Assembly (NCBI RefSeq): GCF_006345805.1
Contig: NW_021834707.1
Location: 1-45,897, forward strand
Length of the DNA: 45,897 bases
Source of the DNA: Octopus sinensis
Lineage: Eukaryota
Reading direction: 5' to 3'
Part shown: one piece after another, positions 13,563 to 24,509 of the stretch
Numbering within the stretch: the first letter of the stretch is position 1
How the letters are laid out: each line of letters opens with the position of its first letter
Program-made: the position numbers and the translations under genes
The notes under the pieces: generated by a model
The model's input: only the letters and a program-made list of their open reading frames with translations
Databases searched by the model: none
Told to the model about the DNA's origin: nothing

Positions 13563-13885
13563 CTAATAACTTTCAAATCGTTATATTGAAGCTGAAAAGT
13601 TGACGTAGATTATCAATGTTTTTTTTTCGACTTTTAATGCAGAATGAGATCCTGAGTATATTTACTACTCATGTTTGAAAACTGCCACTCCATCTTCATT
13701 CACTCAAAATTATTCTTACAGTCATCTAGACTCTATAAAACACTAATCAGACCACTCTTCCCTGAGGAAGTGTAATAAAATCGAAACACCGGTCTATCGG
13801 TCTTTTCTCGAGTCTCATAGTTGTCCTGTCGACAAAGAGCCCTCTGAATACTTAGTCTGGATTGTTGGAGAGTGTATTGAAACAG

Positions 13886-13960
13886 CTATTATCCGGCAAG
13901 TCTATTATCCGGCAAGTCTATTATCCGGCAAGTCTATTATCCGGCAAGTCTATTATCCGG
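13886..13960. repeat. 16-bp tandem repeat CTATTATCCGGCAAGT x4.7
   Basis: Four perfect copies plus one partial. Confidence 0.95.
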
Positions 13961-14298
13961 AAATCACTAAAAATTTTGATTTTGTCAATTCCATAATTTT
14001 ACATTCTCGAAATTGTTTAAAGCGAACTCCAGATGAGATATTATAATACTTTGGAGAGGGGTTTTTCTCTCAATTTCTATCATTGCAACATCCTCCTGTG
14101 GCCAGCTAATGTTTTTGTTATTTTTTAAGTTCATTTTGTTATTTGCTGTATATAGTTACGACCCTTTACATCCTAAGTTCAAATCCCACTAAGGTCGAAT
14201 TTGCCTTTCATTTTTTTTTTTTGCGAGTTAGATAACATACAACTGCATCAAGCACCGGGATCGATTTAATCTCCTAGATTAGTTATACTCTTTTACTC

Positions 14299-14450
14299 TT
14301 TTACTTGTTTCAATCCTTTGACTTCGGCCATGCTGGAGCACCGCCTTTAATCGAGCAAATCGACCCCAGGACTTATTCTTTGTAAGCCTAGTACTTATTC
14401 TATCGGTCACTTTTGCTGAACCGCTAAGTATTCGAAATATCAGTAATTGG

Positions 14451-14481
<31 letters not shown>

Positions 14482-14872
14482 ATATATTAACGCTGTTGTT
14501 ATAATTATTCTTTTACTTGTTTCAATCCTTTGACTTCGGCCATGCTGGAGCACCGCCTTTAATCGAGCAAATCGACCCCAGGACTTATTCTTTGTAAGCC
14601 TAGTACTTATTCTATCGGTCACTTTTGCTGAACCGCTAAGTATTCGAAATATCAGTAATTGGTCATCATCATCATCATCATCATCATCATATATATTAAC
14701 GCTGTTGTTATAATTATTCTTTTACTTGTTTCAGTCATCTGACAGCGACCATGCTGGAGCACCGCCTTTAGTCGAATCAAGTCAACCCCAGGACTTATTC
14801 TTTGTAAGCCTAGTACTTATTCTATCGGTCACTTTTGCTGAACCGCTAAGTATTCGAAATATCAGGAATTGG

Positions 14873-14924
<52 letters not shown>

Positions 14925-15114
14925 ATATATTAACGCTGTTGTTATAATTATTCTTTTATTCTTTTACTTGTTTCAGTCATCTGACAGCGACCATGCTGGA
15001 GCACCGCCTTTAGTCGAATCAAGTCAACCCCAGGACTTATTCTTTGTAAGCCTAGTACTTATTCTATCGGTCACTTTTGCTGAACCGCTAAGTATTCGAA
15101 ATATCAGTAATTGG

Positions 15115-15165
<51 letters not shown>
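14299..15165 (-). repeat. Four tandem ~210-240-bp units: SINE B 3' half, spacer and (CAT)n
   Basis: Units start at 14299, 14511, 14720 and 14962. Confidence 0.95.
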
Positions 15166-15166
<1 letters not shown>

Positions 15167-15394
15167 AATCATCGTCATCATCAACGCCGTTGTCGTCGTC
15201 GTCGTCATCATCATCATTGCTTTCATCATCATTGCTCTCATCATCACCGTCACCATATTAGATTACCGTTTTGTAAAAGTATAATGTTATATAATCCAAA
15301 AGCTTAGTTAAAGAGTATCATGTAGTATGATGTACTACTGAAGTGAAGGAATATAATGGTAATAAGATGGAGGAGTATAGACAAAGATTATAAT

Positions 15395-15660
15395 GTAACT
15401 TCCAACCACAGAGTACTGGGTTCGATCCTATTGCGTGGCACCGTGAGCAAATGTCTTCTACTATAGCTTCGGGCCAGGACTTGTTCCTTGTAAGCCTAGT
15501 ACTTATTCTATCGGTCACTTTTGCCGAACCGCTAAGTTACGGGGACGTATACAAACTAGCATCGGTTGTCAAGCGATTTTGGGAGGACAAACACAGACAC
15601 ACAAACACACACACATATACATATATACGACGGGCTTTTTTCAGTTTCCGTCTACCAAAT
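15395..15660. mobile_element. SINE B with head on + fused to an inverted body
   Basis: Head (...tactatagcttcgggcc, to ~15476) is followed directly by the reverse-complemented body (aggacttgttcc...gtctaccaaat). Confidence 0.75.
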
Positions 15661-15760
15661 TATCACCCTAGTATCGATCTATTGCATTTCAATCTGTTTT
15701 AGGGTTGGGGTTAGTTAGAGTTAGGGTCAGGGGTGGGGGAGAGGTTATCTTTTTTTCTTC
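15661..15760 (-). mobile_element. Internal fragment of the GGATC MITE
   Basis: Reverse complement of ~13410-13495 (gtatcgatctattgcatttcaatctgttttagggt). Confidence 0.8.
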
Positions 15761-16029
15761 ACTAATCTTGGTCACTTATACACCTTAGAAACGAGGCAGC
15801 CGGCCCTATGCGTCCAAGAACTGGAGACAGGGAAATTTTGTATGGGTAGAGTGCAGGGTCACCGCGTAATACGATGTGAGAGTTACGGTGAAAGAGTGAG
15901 CTTAAAGGTGTTAAAAATGTGTGCAGCACATGGAATGATTCCAATAATCGAATGTTCAATTTCTTAATTTATATTTCAAGACCGAAACGGATTTAATATC
16001 GTAATCCAATATTACATTATTGAAATGCG

Positions 16030-16119
16030 ATTCGTGTGTGTGTGTGTGTGTGTCTGTGTGTGTATGCGCGTACACTCTTTGGGTGTGTTTAGAGGTGTGT
16101 GAATGTGTACATGTGGGTT

Positions 16120-16150
<31 letters not shown>

Positions 16151-16900
16151 ACGTTTGTGTACATATGAGCATGTGGGTGTATATGTGTCTGCGTGTGTGT
16201 GTACCCATGTCTGAAATACGATTTGTGCGTGTGTGTGGGTGGGTGTGTTTGTGTGTGTGTGGTGTGTGTGTGTGGTGTGTGTGGTGTGTGTGTGTGGAGG
16301 TGTGTATACTCGCGTGTTTGCGCGTGTGTATACGGGCAGATGTGTTTGGAAGTGTTTAGAGTTGTGTGAATGTGTACATGTGGGTGTATGTGTGTGTGTG
16401 TGTGTGTGTGTGCGTGTGTACGTATGTGCACATATGAGCATGTGGGTGTATATGTGTCTGTGTGTGTGTGTGCCCATGTCTGAAATACAATTTGTGTGTG
16501 TGTGTGTATACTCGCGTGTTTGCGCGTGTGCATGCACGCAGATGTGTTTGGATGTGTTTAGAGGTGTGTGAATGTGTACATATGGGTTTGTGTGTGGTGT
16601 GTGTGTTGTGTGTGTGTGTGTGTGTACGTATGTGCACATATGAGCATGTAGATGTAGATGTGTTTGTGTGTGTGTGTGCCCATGTCTGAAATACAATTTG
16701 TGTGTGTGTGTGTACTCGCGTGTTTGCGCGTGTGTATGCGCACAGATGTGTCTGGATGTGTTTAGAGGTGTGTGAATGTGTACATGTGGATTTGTTTGTG
16801 TTTGTGTGTGTGTGTGTGTGTGTGTACGTATGTGCACATATGAGCATGTGGATGTATATATGTGTCTGTGTGTGTGTGCGCGCGCCAATATCTGTGTGTA
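16030..16900. repeat. TG-rich compound minisatellite, ~4 units of 200-270 bp
   Basis: Anchor motifs gtgtttagaggtgtgtgaatgtgtaca, catatgagcatgt and ccatgtctgaaatac recur in the same order. Confidence 0.9.
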
Positions 16901-17544
16901 TGCGTGCTTATATTTGAAAGTGTGAGACTATATATATATGCGTGTGTGGATGTGGACATATGTGTATATATGTGTGTGCGTGCGCTTGTGTGTGCGTTCA
17001 GAGGGATGTGAGTGTGTATATGCGTGTGTTCGTTTGTGTGTGTATGAGCGTGTTCGTTTGTGTGTGTGTGCGTGTGTTCGTTTGCGTGTGTGCATGTGTG
17101 TGTGTGTGTGTGTGCGTATGTGTATGAATGTGGATGTATACTTGTTTGTGTGTGTGTGAGTGTTTCTATGTATGGAGATATATGTGTGTTTGCGCTTGTA
17201 TCTGTGTGTGTGTATTTTCACGCGTGTTTGGGTGTATATCAAGAGGTGTGTGCATTTGTGTATGCGTATGTGCTGCCTTTATGCGGCTGTGCATGTGGTA
17301 CTCGTATGTAATTTGTATGGAGGGCCGTATCTAATCCTCCCATCTGGCACAACGTGGAGGTAACTAACAGTTGCTAGTTAAGCCGCGCTGCTTCGCAATG
17401 CTGGAACAAGCTTTTTGCAACTGCTTCTTGTTACTGTTATGAACCGAATTGTACAGCGGATGTTTATAAGACCGAAGGGAATTGGAAACGCTTATATTTC
17501 CGGAGAGCAGAGATTCACCATCTGTGTTAGTTGAACTTAACCAA

Positions 17545-18330
17545 CACCTCACCACTCCTGATTATCAACAACCCCACCACCATCACCGCCACCAACACCA
17601 ACACCAACATCACCACCACGAACAACAACAATAATAACACCAACACCACCACCAACTCCACTTACTTTACCAACCTACTTTACCAACACCACTATCGCCA
17701 CCGCCTCCACCACCACCTCTACCACCTGCACCACCAACACCTCTTCCAACACCACTACCTCCACCACCTGCACCACCAACACCACTACCTCCACCACCTC
17801 CACCATCATTGCCGACTCCACCACTGCTGCCTAACCCGCCTCCGCCGCCGACACCCTACCACCACCACCACTACTACCACTACCACCACCACCACCACCA
17901 CCACTACCACCACCACCACCACCACCATCACCACCACCGGCACCATCGTCTCACACCTCCCCGTTATCGCCACTATTAGTGCTTGCACCACCACCAACAC
18001 CAACAACAATATCAACACCACCACCACCACCACTGTCCCCACCACCAGCAACAGTCACATTACCACCACAAGCAACAGCTCCCTCAATCTTCCTCTCAGC
18101 ACCGCCATCTCTTCCCTCACTATCACCACCGCCACCACCGCCACCATCATCATCATCATCGTCGTCATCGTCATCATCACCATCTCCCTCCAATTCCAGA
18201 TGCACTCTAATAACCCCCACCATCGCAGCAGTTATCTTCACTACCACCTTCGCAATCTCATCTTCCGCTACCCCCGCAACCATCATCACCACAAACACCA
18301 TCAACAGCACTGCTACTACCACCACCTATA
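17545..18330. repeat. (ACC)n/(CAT)n low-complexity tract
   Basis: Read directly; source of the poly-T/H/P ORFs. Confidence 0.9.
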
Positions 18331-18332
18331 CC

Positions 18333-18565
18333 TATTTCTTTACTACCCACAAGGGGTTAAACACAGAGAGGACAAACAGGGACAGACAAACGGATTAAGT
18401 CGATTATATCGACCCCAGTGCGTAACTGGTACTTATTTAATCGACCCCGAAAGGATGAAAGGCAAAGTCGACCTCGGCGGAATTTGAACTCAGAACGTAG
18501 CGGCAGACGAAATACGGTTACGCATTTCGTCCGGCACGCTAACGATTCTGCCAGCTCGCCGCCTT
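18333..18565 (-). mobile_element. Full-length SINE A variant 1
   Basis: Reverse complement of aaggcggcgagctggcagaatcgttagc...gtaaagaaata. Confidence 0.95.
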
Positions 18566-19061
18566 ATACCATCAACACAATCTTATACCATCAACACAAT
18601 CTTATACCATCAACACAATCTTCACATTGTCCACGCACATCGTCCTACTGTCACAACGGCTATTTCCACCGTCATCATCATCACTATCCCACCACTACTT
18701 CCACCATTATCACCGTTTACAGCGCCACGTTCACCACCAGCACCAACACTATTATCAGGAGCTCTGCTACGGTCACTACCTCCACCACCACCACAATTAA
18801 TATCGCCACAGCTACCAACAACACTAACTTCCCCTCTATCACTAATATTACCGCCAGCACCACTATTACAACTACCATTACCTTTATCCCTAACAACACT
18901 ACTACTTACACTGCGATCTTCAGACATGAAATTCGAGTTGCGACGCAAACACTTACTTTCAGTTTTAATAGCAAAATGAAAGAATATATCCTCTACAACA
19001 TGAATTAAGCTCTCTTTTCTCATTCGTCCAGCATCATCAACCGCATGTAGATAGATAGACT

Positions 19062-19117
<56 letters not shown>

Positions 19118-19184
19118 CATACATACATACATACATACATACATACATACATACATACATACATACATGCTTATATATGTTTCT

Positions 19185-19757
19185 GTTTCTTTATTAGCCA
19201 CACAGGGCTGAACACAGAGGGGACAAATTACCAAGAGGAGCTTTTCTTTTGGGGGAAAAAAGTGGGGGTAGGTTTTCGATCAAAAGGGATCGTAAAAAAA
19301 AGAAAGAAAAAAGAAAAGAAATGATCAATAGGGATCGTGTATCGCAGAAATGTCATGATGTAAATTGTTAAGGGGCAAACAGATAAAGTTTATCCGTGGA
19401 AAGAAAAGCCGGATCTTTTCACTTTGAACGGCAGACTTTTAAAATAATTTCTTTGTAACTAAACACTTTTAAACTTCGTATACTGGTAGAATGTGTTACA
19501 TAAAACATCTTTTTCTCTTGACTTTCTTGAGAAAATCCTGTAGTTTGTAAGCTATTTCTTGTTAAATTTCTTGCATTTCGGCAATTTCAACCAATCAATG
19601 ACGTCTATTGAGGTGAATATGATTTCTTTGGCTGCTTGTCATATTTTTTTGAAACATTCACTGGACAAAACTTGCCTCTCTACTCTCACTTTCCTTTTCA
19701 AGTGATACTTGAAGAAGTTGATGAGAGATTGACCAGACAGGAAAGTGTTTTCTCTAA
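19185..19757 (-). mobile_element. Tx1/L1-like LINE 3' fragment, copy 1 (interrupted)
   Basis: 19185-19409 and ~19640-19757 match 19870-20107 and ~20265-20385. Confidence 0.8.
19411..19615 (+). mobile_element. Left half of the GGATC MITE inserted in LINE copy 1
   Basis: ggatcttttcactttgaacggcag start, collinear with 13142-13345. Confidence 0.85.
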
Positions 19758-19758
19758 T

Positions 19759-19826
<68 letters not shown>

Positions 19827-19869
19827 GTAGGTAGGTAGGTAATAGGTAGGTAGGTAGGTAGGTAGATAT

Positions 19870-20429
19870 GTTTCTTTATTAGCCACACAGGGCTGCACGC
19901 AGACGGGACAGATTACAAAGTAGAGCTTTTCTTGGAAAAAAAAGGAGGGGTAGTTTTTCGATCAAAAGGGATCGTAAAAGGGAAAGAAGAAGAAAAAAAG
20001 GAAAAGAAACAAAAGAAAAACGATCAATAGGGATCGTGTATCACAGTGTCATGATGTAAGGTGTAAAGGGGGAAGCAGATAAGGTTTATCCGTGGGAAGA
20101 AAAGCCTACGGAAAAGACCTCGGTAACCTCGGTCAATATTGTTACGTGTTACCACATTTTTTTGCAAGTAGGTAACCCTCTGTTTTAAATTTCCGGATTC
20201 ATAGGATTATGCTCAAGGTGGCTTCGTCATTCATACGTGCCATCCTTGCTACATTCACCCATCTTTTTTTTAAACATTCGCTAGACAAAACTTGCCACTC
20301 TACTCTCACTTTCCTTTTCAAGTGATACTTGAAAAAGTTGATGAGAGATTGACCAGAGAGGAAAGTGTTTGTCTCCAATCCTTTCAGATGCGTCCACCAG
20401 ATACATTCTTTCGCCATAGCCACAAGGAT

Positions 20430-20432
<3 letters not shown>
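19870..20432 (-). mobile_element. Tx1/L1-like LINE 3' fragment, copy 2
   Basis: Contains the ORF2 C-terminus plus 3' UTR ending cagccctgtgtggctaataaagaaac. Confidence 0.75.
20199..20432 (-). pseudogene. C-terminal remnant of a Tx1/L1-like ORF2
   Basis: IILVAMAKECIWWTHLKG...FFKYHLKRKVRVE...KKRW resembles the AKxxIWxxR...F...R..E...W tail of Tx1/L1 ORF2; recognised by eye. Confidence 0.6.
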
Positions 20433-20498
<66 letters not shown>

Positions 20499-20574
20499 GT
20501 AGGTAGGTAGGTAGGTAGGTACGTACGTACGTACGTAGTTAGGTAGGTAGGTAGGTAGGTAGGTAGATAGATAA

Positions 20575-20800
20575 GTTTCTTTATTGGCCACACAGGGCTG
20601 CACACAGATGGGACAAGTTACAAGATAGAGCTTTTCTTTTGGGGGATGAAAAAAACAAAAAACAAAAGAAAAAAAAGGGGTGGCGTAGGTTTTCGATCAA
20701 GAGGGATCATAAAAGGGAAGAAAAGAACAAAAAAAAAATAAATAAATAATAAATAAATAAATAAATAAAATAAAAAATAAAAAGAATAAAAAGAAAAAAA
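20575..20800 (-). mobile_element. Tx1/L1-like LINE 3' UTR fragment, copy 3
   Basis: Matches 19870-20020. Confidence 0.8.
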
Positions 20801-21204
20801 AAGATAGATAGATAGATAGATAGAATGAAAGCAAATTCTGAGAGAGCGAGGAACAACCGATACTTCGCAGGGCTTGACTTTCACAAACATTTACATATCT
20901 TCCATGCTCCAGCTTGCACAGAGGCTAATGTTAAACCAGCGCAACTCGAGGAATGCTTATGGTACAATGTAACGAACGGCCTCACATTTCCCAATCTCAA
21001 GCCACACCCTTGCACAACACATCTGTCTAAAGGAACGAATCAGTCCCCAGAAAAAATGGTTTACATAATATTCATTGTCAGCAGCATTCCTCCTCCCTCT
21101 CTCCCTTTCTCTCTCTTTCCCCCTCTCTTTCTCTCTTCTTCCTTATAATTATAATATCGTCTATATTCGTGTATGTATATATATATATATATATATATTA
21201 TATA

Positions 21205-21245
<41 letters not shown>

Positions 21246-22289
21246 TGTATGTATATTAATACACAGACTAGATACACAAGTGGCATGTATGTGTGTTTGT
21301 ATGCATGTATTTATGTATGTGTATGTGTGCTTATATACACACACTCACCCGTTTGTGCAAAGAAAATACACACACATACGCATGTGTGTAAACGCATGTG
21401 CTATATTTGTATATCGTATATTAAAGAATACATACATATCTGTATGCGTGTGTGTGTATGCATATATATATATATATATATATGCACATACATATATATA
21501 TATGTATACACATATACATATATGTATATATATGCACACGCACACACACATACACACACATATATATATGTGTATATATATATATATGTAGATATCTATG
21601 TATATACATACATACATGCATACATACATACATAATATACATACATATGTAGGTACAAGACAATCAGGCTGGAGTTTGCAAATGTCGGTCACAGAAAATG
21701 AAACGCGTCCCATGTCCACCGAAGAGAAACAAGAAAACAGGAACACTACCACCACGACCAACACCACCACCAACAACAACAACAACAGCAGCAACAACAA
21801 TACATTATAATCATTATAAATAAAACAGCAAACAAAAAACAAACAAAATGGTCCTACCCACCGAAAATGGTTACAAAAGGAGTCAATCAATCACTAGATC
21901 GATAGAGATAGAGCGAAAAAAAAGAAAGTAAACGATTTATTATGAACAGAATTGTGTGTGGGACTAATGAGGCAATTGTATGAAAAGGTTGTAATTAGTT
22001 CAAGCTTTTACAATGACAACAACGAGGGCCTACGACTACTGTAGCAACAACAAGAACAACAAGAACAAGAAGAAGAGAGACTACGATAGCAGCAATAGCA
22101 ACGGCAATACTAATGGCAATTGCGAACCACAACAACAATAGGCTTAATAAGTCAAGCAAGCGGATAAGTCAAACGGCCTTCGACCAATCAAATGGCTTGC
22201 CTTTCACAACAATCGCATACGTGGTTAGAAACGCAGACAATGTAAATGCAGGCAGACATTTGTGTGTGTGTGTACGTACCTACATATAG

Positions 22290-22337
<48 letters not shown>

Positions 22338-22533
22338 TCCTATATATATATATATACGTATATATATATATATACGTATATATATATATGTGTGGTGTGT
22401 GTGTGTAGGTATGCATACGTATGTATGTACTTACATATACATACATACATATATATATATTGTATATACATACGGGCTTACATTATTTCGATTGTTAAAT
22501 TGTTAAATTGCATATGTATGTATGTATGTATAC

Positions 22534-22603
<70 letters not shown>

Positions 22604-23113
22604 GTATCTATTTACAGATAGATAGATATAAACATGTGTGTATATATATATATATATATTATATATCGGTTATACGCTCACATCTATGTGTAAGTGTGTA
22701 AGTGTGTGTGTGTAAGTGTAAAATCTCTCTGCCTTTCCTCATTTTATGTCTATGTGTAATAGTTATGGAATGATACAATGAAGCTATTTCATTGGATGTT
22801 GGGAGGTTTGGTCAGAAATTGGAATGGAATATATAGAAACATGCATCACAGTATGGACTATTAAATTAAGCCACAAACGGTGACGACACGACTGCGTCAG
22901 TTAGTCTTCATTGTGTCTTATTTCCTTGCTTGATAATGTCGACGGCATAGTTAGTAGTACAGTGTCTACAATTTACAGAGTCTCCATGGTGGAACTCGCT
23001 GTTCCTTCTGTATTCTTTTGTTGTTGTTGTTGTTCTTCTTCTTCTTCTTTTGGATGCCATGCATTTGTACGTCTATATGTTTTGTGTATACCAGGTGTAT
23101 ATATATATATATC

Positions 23114-23145
<32 letters not shown>

Positions 23146-23155
23146 ATATATATAC

Positions 23156-23301
23156 AATATTATTAGAGACAAACCACTATTTTGCATGACAAGGAAAGAC
23201 TTAATCAATACTAAAATTTTAATAAGTCAATTATTAAATTTATGTATTGATTAAATCTTTCCTTGTTTGTTTTGCAAAATAGTGGTTTTTCTCTAATAAT
23301 A
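23156..23301. repeat. ~146-bp AT-rich near-perfect palindrome (foldback element core)
   Basis: aaaccactattttgca/tgcaaaatagtggttt and caaggaaagacttaatcaatac/gtattgattaaatctttccttg. Confidence 0.9.
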
Positions 23302-23396
23302 TTTTATAATATTTCTATAAATTGATTTAATCAAATCTGATTTTTTTCCCTGTAAATTTGGATTTATTCCCTATATATATTATATATATATATTTA

Positions 23397-23628
23397 TATT
23401 CTTTACTACCCCACAAGGGAAACTAAACACAGAGAGGACAAACAGGACAGACAAAGGGATTAAGTCGACTACATCGACCCCAGTGCGTAACTGGTACTTA
23501 ATTTATCATCGACCCGAAAGATGAAAGGCAAAGTCAACCTCGGCGGAATTTGAACTCGGACGTAACGACAGACGAAATACGGCAGACGAATTTCGCCCGG
23601 CGTGCTAACGTTTCTATCAGCTCGCCGC
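23397..23628 (-). mobile_element. Full-length SINE A variant 1
   Basis: Family A sequence throughout. Confidence 0.95.
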
Positions 23629-23711
23629 ATATATATATATGTATGTATGTATGTATGTATATACATTCCACACAAACGCATATATATACACATGTATAGA
23701 CATATGTTTGT

Positions 23712-23754
<43 letters not shown>

Positions 23755-23759
23755 CGTAT

Positions 23760-23985
23760 TGATGTGTGTCTTTGTATCTGTGTTTGTCCTCCACCACCGC
23801 TTGTCAATCGGTGTTAGTGTATTTAGGTCCCAGTAACCCAGCTGTCGGGCACGAGATCGATAGAATAAGTGTCAAACTTTAAAACACTTAGTCCTGGGGT
23901 CCATTCGTTCGACTAAGAATACTTCAAGGCGGTGCCCCAGTTTGACCGCAATCTAATTACTGAAACAAGAAAGCGAATAAAATGC
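23760..23985 (+). mobile_element. Degenerate SINE B 3' half
   Basis: tgtgtttgtcc...gatagaataag...tcctggggtc...actgaaacaag. Confidence 0.75.
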
Positions 23986-23996
23986 ATACGTATATA

Positions 23997-24385
23997 TACG
24001 AGAGAGAGTGAAGAATAATACGCATTCTTGTTTTTTCAATGTATTTTCATTAAAGCAAGGGATAACCAAGACGTCATTTTTCTGTATAGTCTGCTTTCTT
24101 TTCGACGCACTTGGTCAAGCGGTCCAGAAGCTTGCGTATTCTCTCCAAGAAGAAGGTTTTCGGTTGGTTGTGTAACCACTTATGCACTGCTTCCTTCACA
24201 TCTTCATCCGTGGGAAATCGACGACCTCGTGAACCCTCTTTGTGCAGTGCAAAGATATGATAGTCGAAAGAAGAGAGATCTGGGCTATAAGGCAGGGGGT
24301 TCAAGCACCTCAAAACCCAATTGGTTAATGGTTTCAACGCTGTGGGCGTGCATTGTCATGTAACAACACAACTTTCTTCGACATA
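23997..24385 (-). pseudogene. Mariner transposase C-terminal relic
   Basis: PYSPDLSSFDYHIF (YSPDL motif)...RFPTDEDVKEAVHKWL...KCVEK; frameshifted upstream INQLGFEVLE. Confidence 0.9.
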
Positions 24386-24509
24386 GGCGCAGGAGTGGCT
24401 GTGTGGTAAGTAGCTTGCTTACTAACCACATGGTTCCGGGTTCATTCCCACTGCGTGGCACCTTGGGCAAGTGTCGTTTACAATAGCCTCGGGCCGACCA
24501 AAGCCTTGT
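24386..24509 (+). mobile_element. SINE B head, split by a CR1 insertion
   Basis: Ends at gccgaccaaagccttgt; the element continues at ~25583. Confidence 0.9.

Noticed and set aside
15956-16888. 310-aa ORF
   Set aside because: Translation of a (CA)n-based minisatellite.
17531-18487. 318-aa ORF and overlapping poly-T/H/P/V ORFs
   Set aside because: Trinucleotide low-complexity sequence running into a SINE; open in several frames on both strands.
20825-21148. 107-aa ORF in unique sequence
   Set aside because: No recognisable domain or convincing splice-site pair; ends in a CT repeat.
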